A model generated the notes under the pieces. It worked only from the letters and a program-made list of their open reading frames with translations, made no database searches and was not told the origin of the DNA. The translations under genes and the position numbers were made by a program. DNA of 63,283 nt, filler included, from Octopus bimaculoides (lineage: Eukaryota): NCBI RefSeq assembly GCF_001194135.2. It is 7 parts of 6 records of this genome, joined end to end, with 100 filler letters (N's around TTAATTAATTAA, not from the genome) between each part and the next. Parts side by side here need not be neighbours in the genome. Positions count along the whole stretch, not along the records: positions 53,078 to 56,496 come from NC_068983.1; positions 56,597 to 62,129 come from NC_068984.1; positions 62,230 to 63,283 come from NW_026336438.1; 4 more parts are not named here. One strand, written 5' to 3'. Shown one piece after another: positions 54,078 through 63,283 of the stretch (position 1 is its first letter; each line of letters opens with the position of its first letter).

Positions 54078-55177
54078 CAGACGCTCACACACATATATTC
54101 GTATATGTAGGAAGATTTTATAGTTGATGCATTTTATAGCATTGGATTTCTCCACCTTAAGCTGTAACCCCTTCCCAGCTGTCCCCACTCCACCTTATTT
54201 CATCTTCCTTGTTCTGTAACCTGCAAGAGGCTCTTTCTACTTCATCTCCCGTCCTGTACACTGCAACATAACATCCAGCTTCTTTTATTTCATTGGCTGC
54301 AAGTATTCACTACACAAGATGGGCAGGAAATCCTCTACTGCAGTGGTACACAACCGGTTTTTGCCTATGGATCTCTTTGCTTCCTATTTTACTGGATCTC
54401 TATTGTGCAAGGTCCCACAAAGTGGGGCTGAAGCCGAAACCATGGGGTTGAGAAACAAGCGCACCAATATATATAAACAATCTTAATGTATTTTCATATT
54501 GAAATATTATTGAGAATTGTATACAAAGGAACTAAAATAATACGTGCATTATAGAAGTGTACAATTATTGCTCATAAATTTAAACAAAATCTTATATGGA
54601 CCCGCAAGGACCATTTCCACCCCGGCTGACACACACTGTTGAGTCTGCAGCCAACCTCGCTCCCCGCTGTATATGCTTACTATCAAAACCAGGAATCGAA
54701 ATATTTTTTCCTCATAATCCTGAGCTCATTACTTTACGCATTTGTGCACGTGCATTAAGTGTCTGTGCGCCTGTATTTCTATGTATGCTTCTGTGCAAGC
54801 GAACATTACTCAGAATTACCCAGCTGCAAGGAAATACTTTAGAACACAGTCATATGTGTTCGGTGTCTCTCAGCTGAAGCATTCTATAGACAGAAACATG
54901 TTTCGGATGACACGGTTTCTTTTGATGTTTAATTAAACTCATACCAAATTATATTATCACTGAAACTGTAAATTTGTTAGAAAAGTTTCAGTCCTCTTTG
55001 TTTCTCATGAATTTACGCCATAACAGATGTACATATTTATGATATTAATAAATTTCCGAATATGGCTTGTAATTTCAGTACATGCTGCATAACAGCATTG
55101 TAACATCACTTACCTTAAATCTGTATTTATTTTATCGAAATTTTCGGCCATATCGCTAAATGAGAGGGACTAACCAG

Positions 55178-55334
55178 ACGTGGCCGTGAGGTAAAAAAAG
55201 ATTGCATTACAACGGCATGTGTCCGACCGCACTCCAACTGCGTGGTACCTTGGAAATGTGTCCTCTTCTATAGCCTCGGCCTGACTTTACTCTTGTAAGT
55301 GTATTTGGTAGATGAAAACTGAAAGAAACTCGTC

Positions 55335-55337
<3 letters not shown>
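55178..55337 (+). mobile_element. SINE, same family as 150-292
   Basis: cttctatagcctcggcctgac...gtatttggtagatgaaaactgaaagaaactcgtcgt followed by (TA)n. Confidence 0.8.
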
Positions 55338-55394
<57 letters not shown>

Positions 55395-55714
55395 TCACAC
55401 TTACATACCCACGCACACACACACACACACAAACATATACGTAATATATGCATGTGTATGTGTTTCTATCCCACTACCATTACCGCTTGTCAACCCTAAC
55501 TTAGCGGACTGACGAAATACACTAGTAGAAAACGTACCAGACTTTAAAGATAAGTAATGGAGAAAATTTGTTTGACTAATCCCTTTACGACGGTATATCA
55601 TTTTGGATGAGACAACTAAAAGATTAGATATGAACGGCAACATAATCCAAAACTGAATGTCAAACTTTGGGTGGCCTAATGCATACACAATACAAACGTT
55701 TGCATATGTACACA

Positions 55715-55768
<54 letters not shown>

Positions 55769-56596
55769 TACAGGATGGGTTTCTTAGTTTGCGAGAGCCA
55801 AAATTTTACTGACGGAATTAGTCGGCCCGTGGCAAGACGAGAAGAACTTAGACATTTGTCTTAAGATATTCCGCAGTGATATTGAACCTAGAGCAACGTA
55901 GTTGCGAAGTGATCTTGCAAACCAGGAAAGGAATTACAACCCAGACCTTGACCACAAAGGTGTGTATGCAATGTTCAACTGGCTATACCGAAAGGTATGA
56001 AGCAGTTATATCAAACTTCCATGATAAATAACCGTTTCTTTCTGTGGTGTAAGATTCAGGTTCTTGAATATACAATTTTACGGGAAGGATAATAAAGAAT
56101 ATTCTAGAAAAATTCTGTCTTTCCTCGCTTGCCTTAATGTCCAGAAACTTTCTCGAATAAGGAAGAATGAAAGTTTGGGGTGAAAGAGAACCATACATTG
56201 TATAATTTTCAAAAGAGCTGGATAGTCCGATATTTTTAGAGCCGTGAAAATTTTACAATAATGTAAATTTTAGAATAAACTTTACGTAAGAACCCTTTGG
56301 AAGATAAGATTTTCTAACATATTAAAGACTAGTTTAACAAATAATATATATCAAGATAAATGTGCCCACTATTCTCGTTGCATTCAAGAACTGGTACAAA
56401 CTAACGGTGTGTAAAAAAAATCAATCCTATCATGAAATCATGTAACAAAAGTATACATGTCTATATATATAGTATACATAGTATATATATATATATNNNN
56501 NNNNNNNNNNNNNNNNNNNNNNNNNNNNNNNNNNNNNNNNTTAATTAATTAANNNNNNNNNNNNNNNNNNNNNNNNNNNNNNNNNNNNNNNNNNNN

Positions 56597-56940
56597 AATA
56601 CCTATTGTCATAGGTGCCCTGGGAATGACAGCGAAACGGGCTGATTACTACCTAGCTCAGATACCAGGAAACCCCAAAATGGCTGAAGTCCAAAAGATAG
56701 TGCTCATGGGAACTGCCCATATCCTACGTAAAATACTGTCTATGTGATCTCAAATTTTAAAGCAAACATAATTTTCTTATGGTTTCTTAAACATTCACTT
56801 GAACAAAACTGTACAAATCCAAATATATGGTACCCTAGGCATAACACCTACATGAACTTCTAACTTGTTGTCTCTTGAGGTCTCTGGGTGAGACTTGGAT
56901 CCAACTTGTACAAATGCAAAACAAAAGTCAAACATAAAAT
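56597..56940 (+). mobile_element. R4/Dong-type LINE 3' end (ORF end and 3' UTR)
   Basis: IPIVIGALGMTAKRADYYLAQIPGNPKMAEVQKIVLMGTAHILRKILSM*, closely similar to the 46441-46514 copy; ends in (AAT)5. Confidence 0.88.
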
Positions 56941-57163
56941 AATAATAATAATAATGATCTAGTAAACATAGTCAACCTGCTCATTATCAAACATTTACTT
57001 GAATCATCCGAACTAATATTTACTAGATATTGATCCATAAACACTGCGTTAACATGAAGCTTATGACGAACATCGGAGAGGTTGTCTGCACTCTATAGAT
57101 ATTTATTATGTCACAAATAATTAGTAACCGGTAAGAGTATATGGTGTATATGAGTGTTTGAGT

Positions 57164-57194
<31 letters not shown>

Positions 57195-57201
57195 CATTAT
57201 T

Positions 57202-57756
57202 GAGTGAAAGAGCAGTGCATGCCATCAAAGTGACACTGGGGTAAAATATACGAAGCCCATTATATCCATCATGACTACCCGTTTGATAGGGGTACACCAG
57301 GCACAGGCATCACAACCATATGTGTTCAACATGGTGATCTCATATCAAGATAAGCAGCGCCTGACCTCGCAGGTGGGGCCCCGTTAGAATTTTCTTCAGG
57401 TCGAGTAGCCCATCCCGCTCAAAAGATCCCTGAATAAGGTTTGTTTAAGGACGTTGAGCAAAACACCCATGTTTCCAGAGGTGAATTATCAAAACCTAAA
57501 GAATTCCTCTCAACACATGGCTATGATGCTCCCCCACTACTTCTGCTCATGATCAGAGATGCACATATCATCAGGCACCATAGACATGCTCAACTGCTTA
57601 GGGTCAAACAACTGACAAGCAAATCTGTGGTATTAAGCAGAATATTTGCTGTAGCCCATCTTTTTATACCAAGACAAAACAATGTACATGATAACACTTC
57701 CAATCAATTAAGATCAGAAGCCATGAGAGCCACTGCCTGGTACTGCATCCGGGCAT
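57202..57756 (-). mobile_element. Non-coding ~555-bp interspersed element inserted in an (AAT)n array
   Basis: Complex GC-richer sequence sharply bounded by (ATT)n on both sides (57165-57201 and 57757-57850); no convincing protein motif. Strand is inferred from the neighbouring R4 fragment. Confidence 0.6.
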
Positions 57757-57778
57757 TTATTATTATTATTATTATTAC

Positions 57779-57826
<48 letters not shown>

Positions 57827-57850
57827 CATTATTATTATTATGTTGTTGTT

Positions 57851-58250
57851 TTTTTCTTCTTTCTTCAAATTTTCTTCCATTTCTCGCCGAGTGTTTTCCG
57901 TACACCTAGGGCAGAGAAACTCGTTGTATGCATTCCCAGTTTACACACGCAAATTCACAGGTAAAACATGTATTTAAGGAAAAAAAAAAATTAATCAATT
58001 AATGTTGTTTTCACAGCGATAATGCTCTTCTCAGTACATGAGTCGTTCCACGATTTTTTGCACTTCCTGTAGGGATGGTAAGCCTGGTATCATTTTCAAA
58101 TAGGTTTCAGTACCTTTATTTTATCATTCCTAGAGATCCTACAATCACTGGTATGGTAGTGGCCTTGAGGTGCCACATTTTTTCAATTTCTATTAGCAAG
58201 TCTTTATATTTACTGATCTTCTCAAATTCTTTCACCGCTATATTATGATC
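57851..58250 (-). mobile_element. 5'-truncated R4/Dong-type LINE 3' fragment embedded in (TAA)n
   Basis: DHNIAVKEFEKISKYKDLLIEIEKMWHLKATTIPVIVGSLGMIK...LQEVQKI...VLRRALSL*. (ATT)n arrays on both sides. Confidence 0.87.
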
Positions 58251-58384
58251 TAATATTATTATTATTATTACTATTACTATTACTATTATTATTAGTATTA
58301 TCATTGTTGTTGTTGTTGTTGTTGTTATTATTATTATTGTTATCATTATTATTATTATCATTGTTATTATTACTATTATTATAT

Positions 58385-58790
58385 AAATGGCGGTTCGACT
58401 AGATGCAGGCAATCATGGTAGAATCAGTAAAGTTTAGCAAAGGACTAGCAGTAGAAAGAAAGAGGTTAGCAGCAGGACTGCTCAGGAAGTTAGATGAAGC
58501 TTTTAGAAAAAGCATCGCGACCGACGTGTTCGCAACGAGATTGGCACTCGACCAAGTCTTGAATGCGAAACACGAAAGTTGTAATGTCAGAGCTAAGGCC
58601 CGTGCTCTCAGACATGAAGGGAAGGTAAGACGTTCAATGAGCTCGTGTGCAGAGGCACGGCGTTGCAATAAATCCACGATCCGATACTTGCCGAACTAGG
58701 GCGGGCAAATGATAACTGATCCGTGATAGATGTGTGTGGCCTTTCAGCGGCGCTTCACTCAGCGGTTCAGGAGTAGCGGTGAGCCGCTTT
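58385..58790 (+). mobile_element. L1/Tx1-like LINE ORF2 fragment (linker between APE and RT)
   Basis: QAIMVESVKFSKGLAVERKR...LALDQVLNAKHESCNVRAKARALRHEG...NKSTIRYL followed by ITDP**MCVAFQRRFTQRF, resembling the L1/Tx1 ORF2 region ending ..F...Y..LF. Family by recollection. Confidence 0.6.
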
Positions 58791-59257
58791 GTAATATAGA
58801 TTCCACATGATATCTCGTAGCAAAAACAAGAAAGCACACAAAAATGGATGTATATATATACTGGCGCGCGCGAGTTTATGTGTGTGTGTGCCTGTGTGTG
58901 TGCGTGTGTGTGTGTGTGTGTGCGTGTGTGTGTGTGTGTGTGTACGTGCGTGTGTGCGTGTGCGTGTGTGTGTGTGTGTCTGTGTGCGTGTGTGTGTGTG
59001 TGCGTGTGTGCGTGCGTGTGTTTTGAATATGCATATACAAATACATTGATACAAATGTACATCTGAATGCATCCATATATACATATATATATATACATAC
59101 AAACATGCACACATGCAAATACTCACACACACATATATTGTTGTGTTTGTGGATGGTCACTTTAGCCAATGAAGTTGCCAGTTTAGCCAATGAAAACACA
59201 CGTACTATATATTTGGAGTTTACTTTCTTCAGCTTTATTCTATATTAATTGCATTTC

Positions 59258-59301
59258 GGCCAGAGTTCTTTCGTCACACGTCTGTGACCTCATCAGTGGT
59301 C
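59258..59301 (-). ncRNA. Second hammerhead-like motif in the inverted Penelope repeat
   Basis: Minus strand GACCA-CUGAUGA-G-GUCACA(GACG)UGUGAC-GAAA-GAAC-UC-UGGCC. Same fold, one mismatch in stem I. Confidence 0.65.
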
Positions 59302-60208
59302 TTTTGCTTTCTTCTTTCTTTTTTATGTCTCTCTTTCCTAATGATCTGCCATTTTGTATTCCTGTGGTATGTATCTTTATTTCCGCATGCGTATATTACT
59401 GTGTATGTCTATGTTTAGTAAGTGTGTGTGTTAGAATGCTTATAATACCTGCATTATCAGTGTCCCCTGTTAATGCGCGTTAGTTTATTTTACTTTTATT
59501 TCTTCTATTGTCTTCTGTTGTCTTGTTTTCTTTCTGCACCGTCATCTGCACGATGCAGAAAGAAAACAAGACAACGACGTACGTAGAGGAGACAACACGG
59601 ACCATAGGAGAGCGGCTAAATGAGAATTGGAGTGAGAGTAAAGAAGAGAAGGGCTCATCGGTTCTATACCAGCACGCTAAGCATGGGGGCTCACTCAACA
59701 ACATAGAAGTTAAAATCTTGTCCACATTAGAACGCACGCAACGCTTAGACAAATGACGGAAGCTACACACATATTAAAAGTTGAATCCATCCTAAATAGA
59801 GAACTAGAATGGAACACTACTACCCCGCGCACACAACACAACAGATGACAGAATAAAATCCCCATAAACTAATAATAAAAAGGAGAAACTGATACAATAG
59901 ACAGATAAATAAATGGAATTAAACAATTATATACATAAAGAAAATATAACAAATTAAATTAAATTAATACAAAACAAAATGCAAAAGTAAGTAGAAAAAA
60001 CAAATAAAATAAATTAAATTAGATTAAACAGAAGTGAATAAACAGGGGATACTGATAATGCAGGTACCGCACACATTCCCCCACAGACACTTACTAAACA
60101 TAGATACACATAGGAATATATGCATACGCAAATAAAGGCAAAAACAACAGGAATACAAAATGGCAGATCTTTAGAGAGGAGAGACAAAAAAGAGAGAAGG
60201 AAACAAAA

Positions 60209-60252
60209 GACCACTGACGAGGTCACAGCAGTGTGACGAAAGAAGTCTGGTT
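60209..60252 (+). ncRNA. Minimal type-I hammerhead-ribozyme-like motif in the Penelope terminal repeat
   Basis: GACCA-CUGACGA-G-GUCACA(GCAG)UGUGAC-GAAA-GAAG-UC-UGGUU: stem I 5 bp, core CUGANGA/GAAA, stem II 6 bp, GUC cleavage triplet, single-pair stem III. Confidence 0.7.
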
Positions 60253-60395
60253 GAAATGCAATTAATATAAAATAAAACTGAAGCAAGTGAACACTAAATA
60301 TATAGTGCGTGTGTTTTCATTGGCAAATTGGCAATATGACCGACCCCAAATATATATATATATATATAGATATATACATAGAGATAGAGAGGGGG

Positions 60396-60429
<34 letters not shown>

Positions 60430-60541
60430 ATATAATTTATTTTAATAAAGGGTTAGCGCGGAAATAAAAACCGTATAGGTGAATGTTACAAATATTATAA
60501 TGATAATGAGCCTGGCTAGGCTTTAAAAGGCCGAAGAAGAA

Positions 60542-60579
<38 letters not shown>

Positions 60580-61283
60580 ATATATATATATATATATANN
60601 NNNNNNNNNNNNNNNNNNNNNNNNNNNNNNNNNNNNNNNNNNNNNNNNNNNNNNNNNNNNNNNNNNNNNNNNNNNNNNNNNNNNNNNNNNNNNNNNNNNN
60701 NNNNNNNNNNNNNNNNNNNNNNNNNNNNNNNNNNNNNNNNNNNNNNNNNNNNNNNNNNNNNNNNNNNNNNNNNNNNNNNNNNNNNNNNNNNNNNNNNNNN
60801 NNNNNNNNNNNNNNNNNNNNNNNNNNNNNNNNNNNNNNNNNNNNNNNNNNNNNNNNNNNNNNNNNNNNNNNNNNNNNNNNNNNNNNNNNNNNNNNNNNNN
60901 NNNNNNNNNNNNNNNNNNNNNNNNNNNNNNNNNNNNNNNNNNNNNNNNNNNNNNNNNNNNNNNNNNNNNNNNNNNNNNNNNNNNNNNNNNNNNNNNNNNN
61001 NNNNNNNNNNNNNNNNNNNNNNNNNNNNNNNNNNNNNNNNNNNNNNNNNNNNNNNNNNNNNNNNNNNNNNNNNNNNNNNNNNNNNNNNNNNNNNNNNNNN
61101 NNNNNNNNNNNNNNNNNNNNNNNNNNNNNNNNNNNNNNNNNNNNNNNNNNNNNNNNNNNNNNNNNNNNNNNNNNNNNNNNNNNNNNNNNNNNNNNNNNNN
61201 NNNNNNNNNNNNNNNNNNNNNNNNNNNNNNNNNNNNNNNNNNNNNNNNNNNNNNNNNNNNNNNNNNNNNNNNNNNNNNNNNNN

Positions 61284-61317
<34 letters not shown>

Positions 61318-62229
61318 TGCGCGTGTGTGAGTGTGTGTTTGTATGTATGTATGTGTATGCATATATCATTAAAAAAAGGAGGTATATGTATGAGTTTTCC
61401 TGTTTAAACACAGAAATATACGTTGTTACTGAATTGAAACCATAATATACATAATATATATTACAGCATTTAATAACATACCAGAATGTTGATTGTATAT
61501 TGTACATTAATGGGGTTTCAGACAGATTGTACCTAATAGATTTATCACCGTTTCAGTGAGGGATGCATAATTATAGATGAATATGAAATATTTCCATTGA
61601 GAATTCTCATAGTGGACATTGTTTAAACACTTCTTCACCACCATGATCATCACCCTCTTCCTCGTCGTCCCTCTTCTCCTCTTCATGCTACCCCTCCTAC
61701 TCCTCTTCTCATCATTGCTTTCATCGTTAGTTCGTTTTACATCATTACCTCGGCAGTATCATCCTCTGATATTCCATTTATTATTTACTCCTTTTGAATT
61801 TACAGCTGTTTTTGTTGTTTAGGTTGTTTAGGTTTATTATTCCATTTCCTAATTATCAGATGGAAATATAATCACAAGCTTGTGAATTTGATACTGATGA
61901 TAATTAATTGGAAAGTAGATATGTTCATGATATTTATCTTCCTATTAATCGGTTTACTTATGCAAACAAACTCAAACGAAATATAGAGACAAGGAAAAAA
62001 ATATCATGCCCATGGAGGTAAATAAATATGTATTCATCTTAACGTATGTACCGACATGCATATATTCACACACACATATATATATATACATACATACGTA
62101 TATGTATGTATATATATATATATATATATNNNNNNNNNNNNNNNNNNNNNNNNNNNNNNNNNNNNNNNNNNNNTTAATTAATTAANNNNNNNNNNNNNNN
62201 NNNNNNNNNNNNNNNNNNNNNNNNNNNNN

Positions 62230-62770
62230 TTTCCAGGTCTTTGTATTTTGAAAGTTTCTCCATTTCTTTTAGGGAAATTATTATTTCATATATGCAAAAC
62301 AGATTAGACAGCTGGAAAAAAAATCCTAACATCTGGCTACAACAAGTAATCTTGGATGCCAAGAACTTTCCTAAGTATTTCTGCTATCTTTAATAATATT
62401 GTTTTATGGAGCTGCAGTAAACCAGGCTTTAATGCCTATTTCCTCTATCAATCTTTTCAAATTTTCAGGAATTGTTCCCAATGCATCTAGAACTCAGTTG
62501 CTAGGTTCTGGTACACTGATGTCTTCTGCAAACCTCTTGTGTTTACTTTCTCACCATTTGCAATGGTAAAGTCAGCTACTTGGCACTTTCTATTCTCCTT
62601 GTCTACTGGTGCTTCTAAATCAGACCTTCTAGCTTCTATAACTCTGCAAGTCTGAATGTTCAGATTTCAAATCTTATATTTCTTCCTGTCTGGCACTTTA
62701 CTAGGTTCATGTTCCTACCACTTCTCAGTATGGTCAAATCCGTTCTATATAACTCCCAACGGATTATTCT
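62230..62770 (-). mobile_element. Two decayed R4/Dong-type REL fragments (62320-62770 and 62230-62290)
   Basis: HTEKW*EHEPSKV...NIQTCRVIEARRSDL...DKENRKCQVADFTIAN...YQNLATE; separately ISLKEMEKLSKYKDLE next to the spacer. Confidence 0.8.
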
Positions 62771-62900
62771 CAAATCAATAGGATTAATGAACAATCAATA
62801 CCAAAGTAAAACCTCCAATATTATAAAGCGACAAAAAAGAATAAATGGCAAAGAGTAATAACAACAACAATGGTGATAATGCATTAAGATTCCTATTTAC

Positions 62901-63047
62901 CTGGACAGGTAAAGTTTGATCTCCATTTCAGATTGTCACCGCAAAACAATTTGCCATTGTTCTCAAAAGGCACCTTACATTCTTGATAATACTGCCTTTC
63001 AGGACATGTTATTCGTCTGTTGCAAACAGTTGTATTTTCTGGACACT
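62901..63047 (-). CDS. Probable symmetric (phase 1-1) exon encoding a 6-Cys extracellular module, sushi/CCP-like in its C-terminal half: ECPENTTVCNRRITCPERQYYQECKVPFENNGKLFCGDNLKWRSNFTCP
   Basis: Acceptor atttttgcttcag|AG and donor CCAG|gtaaat bound 147 nt (49 codons), open. Y-x-x-C...G-x-x-x-C-x5-W-x5-C spacing and two N-x-T sequons are typical of secreted or membrane modules. Domain assignment is by eye. Confidence 0.72.
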
Positions 63048-63283
63048 CTGAAGCAAAAATATTCATGTATATATACATTGAGTAAAGCACCGGTACAGCT
63101 TCGATTACCTGTACATTTATCTGTACATTTATTGCAGGAACTTCATAGTAGCAGTTGCGGTAACAGTAGTAATAAAGTTTTATATATATATATATACACA
63201 CATACATATATACACACATATATACACATACATACATATATATATATATAACATATATATATAACATATATATATATATATAT

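Larger units (their letters stand above)
59175..60334 (+). mobile_element. Penelope-like element fragment: GIY-YIG endonuclease remnant (about 59500-59815) between ~300-bp inverted terminal repeats (about 59175-59472 and 60040-60334)
   Basis: SSVVLFSFCTVIC...TTYVEETTRTIGERLNE...SVLYQHAK...EVKILST...(frameshift) LRQMTEATHI...LNRELEW is the PLE GIY-YIG signature. The flanks are clear reverse complements at roughly 80% identity by eye. Confidence 0.88.

Overview
AT-rich, microsatellite- and retroposon-saturated eukaryotic DNA. The SINE families and microsatellite load strongly suggest an Octopus (coleoid cephalopod) genome; this is inference from repeat content. The window is a mosaic of seven segments joined by identical 100-bp artificial spacers (44 N + TTAATTAATTAA + 44 N), plus many ordinary N gaps, so linkage across spacers is uncertain. 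Most ORF-track entries are translated microsatellites or gaps. One confidently recognisable host exon is present: the 124-nt Vsx/Chx10 homeobox exon (44967-45090, minus). There is also a probable Cys-rich extracellular-module exon (62901-63047, minus) and several lower-confidence short plus-strand exons. Mobile DNA comprises a near full-length decayed mariner with TIRs, two Tc1-like remnants (one DD37D), a pogo/Tigger remnant, at least six R4/Dong-type LINE fragments (several sitting in (TAA)n), L1/Tx1-like fragments, many tRNA-derived SINEs and a fold-back element. The most notable structure is a Penelope-like GIY-YIG fragment flanked by ~300-bp inverted repeats, each carrying a minimal type-I hammerhead-ribozyme-like motif. 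A tRNA-headed SINE with a decayed hammerhead-like 3' domain is the second candidate for a novel system.
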